The notes beneath the pieces are model-generated. The model searched no databases. It saw only the letters and a program-made list of their open reading frames with translations, and was not told the origin of the DNA. Shown in pieces: positions 54,137 through 64,000 of a stretch of 64,000 bases of DNA. Origin of the DNA: Candidatus Poribacteria bacterium (lineage in GTDB: Bacteria; Poribacteria; WGA-4E; UBA9662); NCBI GenBank assembly GCA_046582655.1, contig JAYGDX010000280.1:64001-128000 (forward strand), in the 5' to 3' direction. Within the stretch, counting starts at the first letter, position 1, and the number at the start of each line of letters is the position of its first letter. The position numbers were made by a program, and so were the translations under genes.

Positions 54137-55087
54137 TCAGCCTGATAAGAACCGATCAATCATCACTCCATATCGGACACCACGCGTACTAACGTAGACA
54201 TGATCAACTCCAACGTGATTCATTAAGCCACGTAAGATCAATGTCCCAGCCAGAATCACATCAGCCCGTTTGACCTCTAATCCGGGAATTCGGCGTAGGT
54301 CATCAATTGTCAGCGACCGAAACAGATCAATCTGATCTGAGATTTCTTTCTGATCAAGTACTTGGCCATGGACAACTGACAAATCCGGTTCTATCAATCC
54401 AGATTCAACTACGGCTAAATTGACGATTGTCCCACCAATGCCTACTAACGAAATGGGCACTTGAGATTGTGTTGTCCAACCTTGGTTGATCAAGGTTTCC
54501 TGAATAAAAACCTCAATTTTTTGTATTTCCTGGTTGGTTGGTGGGTCATTTTCCACAAATTGATCTGTGATGCTTACAGCACCAAAAGGAACGCTGCGGC
54601 AGATCAAGTCCCCATTATCTAAAAAAACCTGTTCTGTACTCCCTCCGCCGATATCTATTACCATCAATTCATGTGCTTCTAATCTTCGAAATGCTCGATC
54701 TTCTCGAACTGAAAGATAGGACAAGTGCGCTTCAGTATCCGCTAAAATCACCTCGACATCCAACCGAAATTCATCTTGAACAAGATCAATAAAACTGCGG
54801 GCATTCTCAGCCACTCTGAGAACGTTGGTTCCGACGGCAACTGTTTGCTCAACACCGAGGATTTCCGTTTGTCTCAGGTATTGCCGAATAACAGCACAAG
54901 TACGGTCTATAGACGACGATTGAAGGTGCAGGGTTGGATACAGACCTTGGCCTAGCCGCGTAATCTCTGTAGTATCAAGGATAACTTTGTATTCTCGCGT
55001 TCTATTATTAACGTCACAAACCAGCAGAATTACAGAATTGGTTCCAATGTCAATTATTGCATAGCGATTGTAACTTGTGGAAGACAT
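54137..55087 (-). CDS. ppx: Ppx/GppA family exopolyphosphatase (short form)
   Basis: AIIDIGTNSV, ITRLGQG, GTNVLRVAEN, VIDIGGGSTE, GIGGT, RADVILAG, GVRYG. Confidence 0.9.
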   Translation of the reverse strand: MSSTSYNRYAIIDIGTNSVILLVCDVNNRTREYKVILDTTEITRLGQGLYPTLHLQSSSIDRTCAVIRQYLRQTEILGVEQTVAVGTNVLRVAENARSFIDLVQDEFRLDVEVILADTEAHLSYLSVREDRAFRRLEAHELMVIDIGGGSTEQVFLDNGDLICRSVPFGAVSITDQFVENDPPTNQEIQKIEVFIQETLINQGWTTQSQVPISLVGIGGTIVNLAVVESGLIEPDLSVVHGQVLDQKEISDQIDLFRSLTIDDLRRIPGLEVKRADVILAGTLILRGLMNHVGVDHVYVSTRGVRYGVMIDRFLSG

Positions 55088-55302
55088 ACCAGTTGATGTT
55101 AAGAAAAGAACATTTTTCTGTGGAAAAACAGTGACTCACTAAAAAAACATTGAAAGGAAGACAAACATGCGATCCTTGAAATTATAGCAAAAATCACATT
55201 AACTCGATTGACAAATGACAGTAAAGTCATCTCAATCCAAAACCTACTATAGATTGATACTCGTATAATACAGTTGTCAATGGATAAACCCATTCTCCAT
55301 CA

Positions 55303-55788
55303 TTAGTTGCTCTTTTTGATAATCCCTAGCAGATTCCCTTTAAAATCTTTTTTTTGAAGAGATGTCCAATATGTAAGGAATTCTTGGTACCTTTCTTGAC
55401 GCGTCTGACGATATCGCAGAATTAGCGTGTTGATACCTATGACATTTACACCTTCATTATCTCTTTGAGAAGGATCCTCCAGGTAATCCATTAAGGCATC
55501 CTGGCCAACGTCACAATCGTGAATGTCACCGAGTAACCTTTGTAAGTCAACCCAAACTTGAATCAACTCACCAAATTTCTTCCCGTAATTGACAGAAAAA
55601 AATTCCATAGAATAACGAAGTCGTTTAATAGAAATCCGCATATTGTGTAATTCTTCAACATTTTGAGGATCATCAATGTATTTATCCCACGAGTACACCT
55701 CTGCTATTTTGATTGGCAGAATAATACTTGCATTCTTTCGATAACTTTTTTGGGATTTCAATCCCTCAATTTTCCATGCTTTAGCCAT
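55303..55788 (-). CDS. CHAD domain protein, C-terminal-half type
   Basis: ELHNMRISIKRLRYSMEFF, LQRLLGDIHDCDV. Confidence 0.85.
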   Translation of the reverse strand: MAKAWKIEGLKSQKSYRKNASIILPIKIAEVYSWDKYIDDPQNVEELHNMRISIKRLRYSMEFFSVNYGKKFGELIQVWVDLQRLLGDIHDCDVGQDALMDYLEDPSQRDNEGVNVIGINTLILRYRQTRQERYQEFLTYWTSLQKKDFKGNLLGIIKKSN

Positions 55789-55802
55789 TTTGACCTCTTC
55801 GT

Positions 55803-56270
55803 TTACACTTTGAAGAACTTCAGAAATTTCTCATTGAATCCTTTTCTTTCTAAATTGGAAAACATCAGTAACATGAGCTCTCTCGCCATCTCACGCTTTC
55901 GCTGTAATTGGCTAATAAGATTTTTAACACCAATTTGCTCATCTTCCGATAAAGATTTCGCGTCTTCTTCGAATTGGAAGATGAGAACGTCTAGATCCCG
56001 AACTACCCCCATTGTGCGAGTGATATTTTTAGTTTGTTTTAAGTACTTACGGAACTTCTTTGGAGAAAAACAGTCAGCGAAATTATCCATAGCTGCTCGG
56101 AGCCGCCGTGAGGAAACGCGCATATCGTGTACAAACTCGATGTCTGATCCATCAATCGCTCCCCCTTTGAAAGACATCATTTCATGAAACCGGGTAGTAA
56201 TAATCCTTCGTGCACATTCTTCCAGACTCCTTCGTGGCATGATTCCTTCAACTTGCCATGCCTTTGCCAT
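55803..56270 (-). CDS. CHAD domain protein, N-terminal-half type
   Basis: DIEFVHDMRVSSRRLRAA, MGVVRDLDV. Confidence 0.85.
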   Translation of the reverse strand: MAKAWQVEGIMPRRSLEECARRIITTRFHEMMSFKGGAIDGSDIEFVHDMRVSSRRLRAAMDNFADCFSPKKFRKYLKQTKNITRTMGVVRDLDVLIFQFEEDAKSLSEDEQIGVKNLISQLQRKREMARELMLLMFSNLERKGFNEKFLKFFKV

Positions 56271-57255
56271 ATATAGATTTCTCCCATAAATTCAGTTACA
56301 CAGATAATCCATTAGCATTTCATAGATTAAATACATTCAATAGTTTAACACCACGTTCATATTTAGACTGGAAGTTTTGGAATTAAATTAACTGATGAAA
56401 TAATATTCTGGCAATTCCCTGATGAAACTTCAGATTCCCTCTTTTAATTCTAGCCTAGTTCATTCTCTTAAAAGAAATGGCTTCGACTAATATCAGCATA
56501 CTAGATACTATCAAAACAAAATCTCGAGATTCGCTGATCTAGAATTAAGATGCCATTTCTATCGTTTGTTCTGCACATACAATACGGGATGTATCGAGTC
56601 CCTCCCCAAACAGATTATAGCAGTTTGAATAGATTCAACCTGGCAAGCACTAGGCAAGTTACTATCTAGAAGATGCCGGACCTGCGATTCGGTAATTGCC
56701 TCTTCGAGCCTCTGCGGACATGGTTTCCTATATTCCTTACCTTTAAATATCACTGCGTATTTCCCTTAATTTTGCCTAAGCCGGAGAGATTTTCTTCGAC
56801 TGAAGAGTTGGGTACTTAAAGTATCAAAATAGACGTCACATCGAGAAATCTTTTCTTGACTAGTCAAATCATGACCCGCGATTTGATTTTGTGAACGGAT
56901 TTGGTCGAACGTTCGTAATGTTTCAATATAAAATTTCGACTCGATCTCCTGAAAACAGGAAACTTATATTACACCTATATTGTTACGAAATCTGAAAGAA
57001 AATCAATATTACCTTAATACTCAGTTTCAAAATAAGAATTCTGCTTTTACACAACACAATTCTCCCAACTGCAATTACTTAACTAAGAATGACTATTTTA
57101 CTAACCGATAAAGCTAATTTGAAGTTCGCTGTTGCCACTAACCACACATCGTTTCCTTAGTAAAGATGCATAATTGGGTGAATGCATTTGATTGATTACA
57201 GCTGAATTATGACATAAAAGACACGTTTTTCTAAAATCCCACACTATTTTTTAAC

Positions 57256-57283
57256 TTGAAATTATTGAATCTCCTTATATAAT
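57256..57283 (+). promoter_or_regulatory. sigma70-type promoter upstream of pdxH
   Basis: TTGAAA-16 nt-TATAAT about 30 nt before ATG 57316. Confidence 0.5.
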
Positions 57284-57315
57284 TTACGAGTGCTTTCCAG
57301 GTGGAATAACTTATA

Positions 57316-57951
57316 ATGGGTGAAAGAATCCGCGAAAAATACGCTCGTGCTGGTTTGGATGAGAGCGATCTCGCCGAAAATCCGATTATCCAATTTCAAG
57401 CCTGGCTACAACAGGCCAAACAGGAGGAAATTGAGCTTCCAAACGCGATGACCTTGGCAACTGCTACAACGGATGGCTTGCCCTCTGCTCGCATGGTAAT
57501 ACTTCGGGAAGCAAATAATGAAGGCTTCGTTTTCTACACTGATCTTACTAGTCAGAAAAGTCAGGAAATTGCATTGAACCCAAATGTTGCGCTTGTGTTT
57601 GATTGGAGACAGCTTGACCGCCAAGTCCGTGTGACAGGTAAAGTTCATCAGGTCTCGCAAGCCGAACTGGAAGCATACTTTTATAACCGACCAATCAGTA
57701 GGCAAATAGTTGATCTAATTGCCAAACAAAGCCAAGTTGTACCGAATCGGGAGTTTCTAAAAAAAACTTATCAAGATTTACTCGTCGAATATGAAGGAAA
57801 AGAGCTATTGGTTCCACCACACTGGGGTGGGTTTCGAGTTTATCCCAACATGATTGAGTTCTGGCAAGGTCGACTGAATCAAATCAGTGATCGCCTGCGA
57901 TATAACCGAAAATCGATAGATAGTTGGTGTGTCGAACGACTTTCGCCATAA
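57316..57951 (+). CDS. pdxH: Pyridoxamine 5'-phosphate oxidase
   Basis: PNAMTLAT, PSARMV, FVFYT..S.K, RQVRVTG, PPHWGGFRV, IEFWQGR, ERLSP. Confidence 0.92.
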   Translation: MGERIREKYARAGLDESDLAENPIIQFQAWLQQAKQEEIELPNAMTLATATTDGLPSARMVILREANNEGFVFYTDLTSQKSQEIALNPNVALVFDWRQLDRQVRVTGKVHQVSQAELEAYFYNRPISRQIVDLIAKQSQVVPNREFLKKTYQDLLVEYEGKELLVPPHWGGFRVYPNMIEFWQGRLNQISDRLRYNRKSIDSWCVERLSP

Positions 57952-57997
57952 ACATTTCAGAAATCTTAATAAAAACTATCTATATAGGAGAAGAGAC

Positions 57998-58402
57998 ATG
58001 AATGGGAAATTTATTACACTAGCAGAGAGAGAAAGTGATGTACTGGATTGGGGGGTGATGGGGTGGTTAAGTCGCCCAACAACGACTGGTGCCAAAGATC
58101 TGGTTGTTATTGAAGTAACACTCGATCCTACTTTTGGGCATAATTTTCATAAGCATCCGGATCAGGAAGAAGTTATCTACGTTGTAGAGGGTGAAATTGA
58201 GCAGTGGCTGGGAACAGAAATGCGGATTCTCTCGGTGGGCGATTCAGTTTTTATTCCGGCCGATGTTGTTCATGCATCTTTTAACGTGTCAGATCGACCA
58301 GCAAAGGTGATTGCCATTCTTGGACCATGTGCAGGTGAAGAAGGATACCAGTTGATTGAGGTTTACGACCAATCGCCATGGAATTCTCTCCGCAACAGTT
58401 AG
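57998..58402 (+). CDS. Cupin domain protein
   Basis: GHNFHKHPDQEEVIYVVEG, GDSVFIPADVVHASFN; RBS AGGAG. Confidence 0.88.
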   Translation: MNGKFITLAERESDVLDWGVMGWLSRPTTTGAKDLVVIEVTLDPTFGHNFHKHPDQEEVIYVVEGEIEQWLGTEMRILSVGDSVFIPADVVHASFNVSDRPAKVIAILGPCAGEEGYQLIEVYDQSPWNSLRNS

Positions 58403-58414
58403 TCATTGTCAGAT

Positions 58415-59485
58415 CTAGATCAACGATAGAAATTTATGGTTAGCACCAATCAACGGATATTGATTGATCTGATCAGTCTTGATCCATCGGTAATCCTGTG
58501 CTTGGCCAAGTACTATTTTACCTGATTGATAGCGACATTCAAAAACTTCCATCGTTGTTTTAAAGTGTGTGTAGGTGTGTTTGGTCTGGGTCAGAAAGTT
58601 GGTGACTTCAATCTGTAGATTAAAATCCTCTTGAATTATTTGGCGACATACATCTTCTGGTGGGTCTTCGGTGTTATTTATCTCTCCATTTGGAAATTCC
58701 CAGAGTCCACCAAGCAGACCATCTGTTTGGCGCTGTGTGATCAGAATTTGGTCGCCTTTATGAATCACTGCCACTACCAGATGATAAGAAGGTATTGGTT
58801 TGCGCTGTAACCTTAATGGGAATTGATCTTGACGAGCAGTCTGAAAAGCAGCACAAAACATATGAACGGGGCAAATAGTACATAATGGCGATTTAGGGCG
58901 GCATGTAATGGCCCCTAGCTCCATCATTGCTTGGTTGAATGTGCTTGGTTGGTCTTCGTCTAACAAAAAATTGGCTTTTTCTTGGAATAACCCTTGAGAT
59001 CTGGTGGTATTAACCGGCGAATCAAGCATGAATATTCGAGCGATAACACGTTTGACATTTCCATCTACAGCGGCGTACGAATGACCAAAAGCGATGCTCT
59101 GTACTGCAGCGGCAGTGTAGTCCCCAACTCCCGGTAGCTTTCGAAAGGTGTTATAATCTGTTGGTATCTGCCCGCCCATGTCTGAAACCACAATTTGTGC
59201 TGCTTTTCTCAGGTTTCTGGCGCGTGCATAGTAACCCAACCCTTCCCACTCTTTAAGCAATTCCTGCAAGTTGGCGTTGGCAAGTTGTTCAAGCGTAGGA
59301 AATTTGATCAAAAACCGTTGATAGTATTCAATAACTTTTCTGACCTGGGTTTGTTGTAACATTACTTCAGAAACCCAGATGTGATAAGGATCATTAGTCT
59401 CACGCCAGGGAAGTGAGCGTTGGTTGCTTTCAAACCAGCTAATAAGTTTTTTTCGGAATTGTGTTGATGAGGAATCTAGGATGAT
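58415..59485 (-). CDS. mutY: A/G-specific adenine glycosylase (start codon uncertain)
   Basis: RSLPWRETNDPYHIWVSEVMLQQTQV, WEGLGYYARARNL, LPGVGDYTA, VDGNVKRV, Fe-S motif C-x6-C-x2-C-x5-C, GGLWEFP. Conserved frame extends upstream of the ORF-track ATG at 59362. Confidence 0.93.
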   Translation of the reverse strand: MILDSSSTQFRKKLISWFESNQRSLPWRETNDPYHIWVSEVMLQQTQVRKVIEYYQRFLIKFPTLEQLANANLQELLKEWEGLGYYARARNLRKAAQIVVSDMGGQIPTDYNTFRKLPGVGDYTAAAVQSIAFGHSYAAVDGNVKRVIARIFMLDSPVNTTRSQGLFQEKANFLLDEDQPSTFNQAMMELGAITCRPKSPLCTICPVHMFCAAFQTARQDQFPLRLQRKPIPSYHLVVAVIHKGDQILITQRQTDGLLGGLWEFPNGEINNTEDPPEDVCRQIIQEDFNLQIEVTNFLTQTKHTYTHFKTTMEVFECRYQSGKIVLGQAQDYRWIKTDQINQYPLIGANHKFLSLI

Positions 59486-60963
59486 AGTACCCGTTTTACA
59501 GCATTTCGCCAGGCACTTAATTTTTCTTGTCGTTGAAGGTCAGAAATTTGCGGTGAGAAAATCTGGTCAACCTGACGATATGATTCTAACTCATCGATGT
59601 TTTTCCAGACGCCAACGCTAAGTCCTGCCAAATAAGCAGCACCAAGAGCTGTCGTTTCAATATGCCGAGGGCGTTCAACATTAATGCCAAGCAAATCAGC
59701 TTGGAATTGCATCAGGAAATTGTTTGCCGTTGCTCCACCGTCTACTCTTAACTGGTGGAGTTGTAGTCCTGCATCATGCATCATGGCTTCAACAAGGTCT
59801 GCGGATTGAAAGGCAATCGATTCCAGCGAGGCGCGAACAATATGACTTGGAGTCGTTCCACGCGTTAAGCCTAGAATCGCCCCTTTGGCGTTTGGATCCC
59901 AATAGGGGGCACCAAGCCCGGTGAAAGCGGGTACCACGAAAACACCATCGGAGTCGTTTAAGCTTTCGGCTAGAGCCTCTGTTTCAGCAGCAGAATCGAT
60001 AAAATGAAGTTCATCTCTCAGCCACTGAATAGCCGCCCCAGCTACAAAAACACTCCCTTCTAGTGCATATGTGGGTTTTTGATCTAGGCTACATGCTAGA
60101 GTAGTTAGCAAACCGGATTCTGATTGAATAGGTTGATCTCCCGTGTTCAAGAGGAGGAAACAGCCTGTTCCGTAGGTGTTTTTAGCAGCTCCAGGTTGAG
60201 TACAGAGTTGACCAAATAATGCTGCCTGCTGATCGCCAGCCATACCCGAAATTGGGATTGAATCTGGCAGGAATTCTAAATTCTTTGTTGTGCCAAATAT
60301 ATTTAAAGAAGGTTGCACTTCAGGCAGAATTGAAACAGGTACCTGAAAGATATCCAGTAATTCATCATCCCATTGTAAGGTGTTAATATTAAAGAGCATG
60401 GTTCGTGAGGCGTTGGTTTGATCTGTTGCATGGCTAGTCCCACCAGTCAAATTCCAAAGCAACCAACTATCAATTGTGCCAAAAGCGAGGTGCCCTCGAT
60501 TAGCTAAGCTGCGGGCGTTGTCAACTTGATCTAGTATCCAAGAGACTTTAGTAGATGAAAAATAGGGGTCAGTGACTAAGCCTGTTTTTAACTTAATCTT
60601 TTCTTCCAAACCTTGTTTTTTTAGGTCTAAACAGATCTCCGCGGTTCGACGACACTGCCAAACAATCGCCGGATGAATTGGATAACCTGTTCGTCGGTCC
60701 CAGATGACGGTTGTCTCACGCTGATTGGTGATGCCAATAGCAATAATCTGGTTTCGGGCATTGTGGAACGATACAAGATCTGCCATGATTTGACGAGTCA
60801 CTTCCCAGATTTCGGTCGCATCGTGTTCTACCCAGCCTGGTTTGGGATAGTGTTGGGTAAATTCGCTATACTCTTTGCCGACAATTTTGCCCTCTGTATC
60901 TATTAGCAAAATGGTGGATCCAGTTGTCCCTTGATCGATCGACAGGATATATTCACTTTGCAT
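59476..60963 (-). CDS. glpK: Glycerol kinase
   Basis: SIDQGTTGS, GITNQRETT, AIVWQCRRT, FGTIDSWL, NASRTML, GDQQAALFG, KNTYGTGCF, PAFTGLGAPYWD. Confidence 0.97.
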   Translation of the reverse strand: MQSEYILSIDQGTTGSTILLIDTEGKIVGKEYSEFTQHYPKPGWVEHDATEIWEVTRQIMADLVSFHNARNQIIAIGITNQRETTVIWDRRTGYPIHPAIVWQCRRTAEICLDLKKQGLEEKIKLKTGLVTDPYFSSTKVSWILDQVDNARSLANRGHLAFGTIDSWLLWNLTGGTSHATDQTNASRTMLFNINTLQWDDELLDIFQVPVSILPEVQPSLNIFGTTKNLEFLPDSIPISGMAGDQQAALFGQLCTQPGAAKNTYGTGCFLLLNTGDQPIQSESGLLTTLACSLDQKPTYALEGSVFVAGAAIQWLRDELHFIDSAAETEALAESLNDSDGVFVVPAFTGLGAPYWDPNAKGAILGLTRGTTPSHIVRASLESIAFQSADLVEAMMHDAGLQLHQLRVDGGATANNFLMQFQADLLGINVERPRHIETTALGAAYLAGLSVGVWKNIDELESYRQVDQIFSPQISDLQRQEKLSAWRNAVKRVLSS

Positions 60964-60966
60964 AGA

Positions 60967-63402
60967 TCACACTCCAAACCAATAGTTGATTTTCACTAAG
61001 AACAGGTTTAATCCATCGTCTGCAAATGTACTGGCAAATTGATCCAGAGGACGAAGTCGAAGATCCTCTGATGTAAGGCTTTTCCGTTCCGCTTCACGAG
61101 ATTGTGACCAGACAACGAAAAGGGTACTACCTGGCTGGAATTCCCAACGAAGTACCATGTTGCTTCTAAGTGATCTGCGATAAAAATCTCGATTTTTGTT
61201 CAAATTATACGGTCTGAAATCGTAAGTTTGAGGTTCAACTAACTCCTTAAAGTTCTGGTAGTCTCCGATTGCGATGAATGGTTGCATATAGAACTGAAAG
61301 CTCAAGTTCGGTGTAAAACTCATGTTCAAGCGGGCAGTAAAGTCTAGAGTTATACTGTCTAACTCGCCATAAACATAGTGATCAAGTCCTTCGTTATCAG
61401 GAATTGTATCAATCCATTGTGCATATGAGAAACGTTGACTATAAGAAGGTCCTAAGCGGCATTCGATGTTGGATGTGGGTCTAATTTCCATGCTGAGACG
61501 GAGCCTTCGACTGTAGCTTAGTCCGTCATCTCGTCTCGAGAATCTCGGACTCAATCCAAAGCTAACCGCCTTTCGATCATCAGTATCTAAGTAACAACCA
61601 ATTGACCAAGCTGAAGGTCGACGCCTCAGAACATCTCGATCATCATCAATGCTTTCGAAATCGTGATCAACTGAAAGGCGAAAGTCCCAGTAATTTTTTA
61701 ATTCACCCCAGATCCAAAAATCTGCTCCGTTGCTGACACGGATTCCATCGTAATTCCATTCTACCCAACTGTTAACACGAGCATAGCCTTTTCGAAACGG
61801 ACCGATTGGATCGTCACGCCGCAGACGGCTGTCAAAACCACATTCTATTACGCCCAATTTTCGAATATCGCTAAAACCGAGGTCATTAACATCATATCCA
61901 GGCGATTTGGTTGCAACCTGTGCTCCCCACCCGAGCCAGCCGCGTCGTTTATCAAATTCGAAATGTGCTAGATAACCGTCCTTGGGAGTGCCTGATTCTC
62001 CTGAACGGCTGGTTGAAAGGACACCGCTCAACTGGTACTTGTTATCATGAAACTTGAGATTCCAATCCAGCGCACCCATAAAGGCGGATTCCGAATCTTG
62101 GCGATTGACAGCAGTGGTGATGAGGCCGACTCGAGAATTACCAGCCAGAACATCTTGGTTAATTCGTCCAACAAAGTAGTTTGTCAGTGGTTCAATCAAA
62201 TGATCTGTTTCGGTTGCTTCATCTTTTGCTTGGATTTTGGCGTATTCCGGAGCGGTAATAGCATTTAAAACTCCGAAGGTAGTCTGATTCTTAGTTTTAC
62301 CAGTAAGTTTAACTGCAGAAAGGATGGTTGTCGCTTCTGGACGATCAATTTCCTGAGCTCCACTTGGAATTTCAAATCGTCCTGGTTGTTTACCAATTCG
62401 GCGTGAGTAGAAAAGTTCGTAATCATCACTTCGAAAAATTGACGCACCTTCAACAAAAAATGGGCGTCGTTCATCATAGTAACTTTCAAAGGCAGAAAGA
62501 TTTAATTCTGCCGGATCAGCTTCAACTTGGCCAAAGTCGGGGTTGACTGTGGCTATCACAGATGTGCCTGATGTAATTCCATAACGAACATTCCCGCCGA
62601 TACTAGAAAACAGGCTTGTCTGATTTTCATGAATGGACCGTCCCATCAGGTATGGAGTTACCTCTAGATGACTGGGTGGTGAGATATTTCGAATTCCTTC
62701 TAGATGTCCGAAGTACGATACCCACCCTGATTGTTCTCGAGTGATTAGCACCCAAAGGTCTCTTTCATTTTTTCGACTAATGTCTCGTAGAACATTGATG
62801 CCCCAAACGTATTGACCTTTCTGTGTGAATCGAAGTACATGATATGGAATCTTAAATTCTGCGCTCCATCCTTGGTCATGGATCGTTGTTTTTGCTTCCC
62901 AAATACCATCCCAAGTTTTATCCCCCCCACGTCTGCCGGAAAGCGAACCATCATTTTGTACACCGGAAGCGTAGACTGAAAACCAATAGCCGGTTTGGTG
63001 ATCATGGTATGGATCTAGATTAATTGAGATGCGATCCGAATCGAGCCGGCTATCACGTCGGCCCAATCGAGCCGAAATTTTATCGGGCTCGCTATCATAA
63101 CAAACAATGCCGAAGTAAATGGCTTCATCGTCGTAAGCAATCTGAAAATTGGTTTTCTCGGTTGCGGGTTTTCCTTGTTCGGGATCCCTCTGAAGAAATC
63201 CACTAAAAGTCGGTGCTTCTCCCCAGATATCATCATCTAGGACACCATCAATTTCAGGTGGTTTTTGATGGATATTTATTGCGGTGGCAGATTTAGGTGG
63301 TTCTAAACTTTCTTGGTGGGCTTTCAGGTCGGTTAGGACAATTACTTGGACTATTATAATTAATCCCCAGACGATTAACGAACAGGGATGATTATTTGAC
63401 AA
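60967..63402 (-). CDS. CBM9-like + DUF5916 outer-membrane-type protein
   Basis: PEIDGVLDD..W, GWSAEFKIP, TVNPDFGQVEAD, ERRPFFVEG, FYSRRIG, WEFQPGSTLFVVW, C-terminal KINYWF. Confidence 0.8.
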   Translation of the reverse strand: MSNNHPCSLIVWGLIIIVQVIVLTDLKAHQESLEPPKSATAINIHQKPPEIDGVLDDDIWGEAPTFSGFLQRDPEQGKPATEKTNFQIAYDDEAIYFGIVCYDSEPDKISARLGRRDSRLDSDRISINLDPYHDHQTGYWFSVYASGVQNDGSLSGRRGGDKTWDGIWEAKTTIHDQGWSAEFKIPYHVLRFTQKGQYVWGINVLRDISRKNERDLWVLITREQSGWVSYFGHLEGIRNISPPSHLEVTPYLMGRSIHENQTSLFSSIGGNVRYGITSGTSVIATVNPDFGQVEADPAELNLSAFESYYDERRPFFVEGASIFRSDDYELFYSRRIGKQPGRFEIPSGAQEIDRPEATTILSAVKLTGKTKNQTTFGVLNAITAPEYAKIQAKDEATETDHLIEPLTNYFVGRINQDVLAGNSRVGLITTAVNRQDSESAFMGALDWNLKFHDNKYQLSGVLSTSRSGESGTPKDGYLAHFEFDKRRGWLGWGAQVATKSPGYDVNDLGFSDIRKLGVIECGFDSRLRRDDPIGPFRKGYARVNSWVEWNYDGIRVSNGADFWIWGELKNYWDFRLSVDHDFESIDDDRDVLRRRPSAWSIGCYLDTDDRKAVSFGLSPRFSRRDDGLSYSRRLRLSMEIRPTSNIECRLGPSYSQRFSYAQWIDTIPDNEGLDHYVYGELDSITLDFTARLNMSFTPNLSFQFYMQPFIAIGDYQNFKELVEPQTYDFRPYNLNKNRDFYRRSLRSNMVLRWEFQPGSTLFVVWSQSREAERKSLTSEDLRLRPLDQFASTFADDGLNLFLVKINYWFGV

Positions 63403-63470
63403 AAATCCTCCTTAGGTATGTTGGTAATTGCAATTAATCACTGCTGATTAAGAAATCCTGATTATTTTGT

Positions 63471-64000
63471 TTAGTTAGTAATTTCAATATGAAGTTGATT
63501 CAGTGTCCTCAGTACGCCCTCACCAAACTCGATCATAGAGTCAGATTCAAGACCACTACCTGCTAACTGAATGTGAGTGGCATCAGCTAATACCTGACCG
63601 AGTGTGGGATCCATGGCAATCCATTGGTTAACAAAAACTTCCGGCCAAAAGTGATAGTAAAACGCGTCTCCTTGAAACACTAATCCAGCACAGACACGAG
63701 CTGGAATACCAATTGACCTCGCTAACCCTATCATCAAAACAGTGTGTTCTGTACAGTCACCAGACAAAGAGTCAAGCGTTTGTAGAGCCGACCCAAATCC
63801 AATTTTCAGGTTTTTGTCGGTTATGCTTTTATAAACCCAATTACAAATTTTCTGGGCGGCGATCCAAGCATTTTTCTGACTTCCAACAATTTCGTCAGCG
63901 GCAGATCGAATGGCAGGATGATCTGCCTGGATGTACACCGTTGATTGCAGATATGGTTCAGTTTCACTCGTTTTTATTGGCAAATCAGGTGCTTGAATTT
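63471..64000 (-). CDS. Transglutaminase-like domain protein (5' end outside window)
   Basis: GDCTEH..L....RSIGIPAR, YHFWPEV, WIAMDPT (Cys-His-Asp triad); frame open to the window edge. Confidence 0.85.
   Translation of the reverse strand, partial: IQAPDLPIKTSETEPYLQSTVYIQADHPAIRSAADEIVGSQKNAWIAAQKICNWVYKSITDKNLKIGFGSALQTLDSLSGDCTEHTVLMIGLARSIGIPARVCAGLVFQGDAFYYHFWPEVFVNQWIAMDPTLGQVLADATHIQLAGSGLESDSMIEFGEGVLRTLNQLHIEITN

Noticed and set aside
55663..56187. 174-aa plus-strand ORF and the many other short overlapping ORFs in the track
   Set aside because: Antisense or alternate-frame shadows of well-supported genes
56300..57250. 64-aa ORF 56559-56753 and the AT-rich intergenic region as a small gene or ncRNA
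   Set aside because: No motif, RBS support or convincing RNA structure recognised

Overview
Bacterial chromosomal window of moderately low GC. It is most likely from Candidatus Poribacteria, inferred from repeated NYPNPFNPETWIP C-terminal domains, AVxPxGKLxxxWxxxK C-terminal tails, and expansions of PhyH, FG-GAP/ASPIC-UnbV, LamG, FGE-like and DUF1549/1553/1501 genes. Housekeeping flanks (left: hslUV, mraY, maf, SurA/PpiD-type PPIase; right: ppx, split CHAD, pdxH, mutY, glpK) surround a ~41-kb block (11.7-53.0 kb) whose genes all lie on the + strand. The block encodes secreted lectin-like and beta-propeller proteins, c-type cytochromes, seven intact PhyH-like Fe(II)/2-oxoglutarate enzymes plus one pseudogene, a family-5 ABC importer with two binding proteins, and FGE-fold lipoproteins. 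Most notable: (1) two PhyH-like enzymes carry H-x-G instead of H-x-D/E, the signature of Fe/2OG radical halogenases; (2) a short C-terminal motif shared by unrelated secreted proteins looks like an uncharacterised sorting signal; (3) a CHAD domain is split into two half genes near ppx; (4) an alternating, mosaic PhyH/FGE-lipoprotein tandem array. No rRNA, tRNA, CRISPR array or intact mobile element was recognised. All family assignments come from motif recognition by eye, not database searches.
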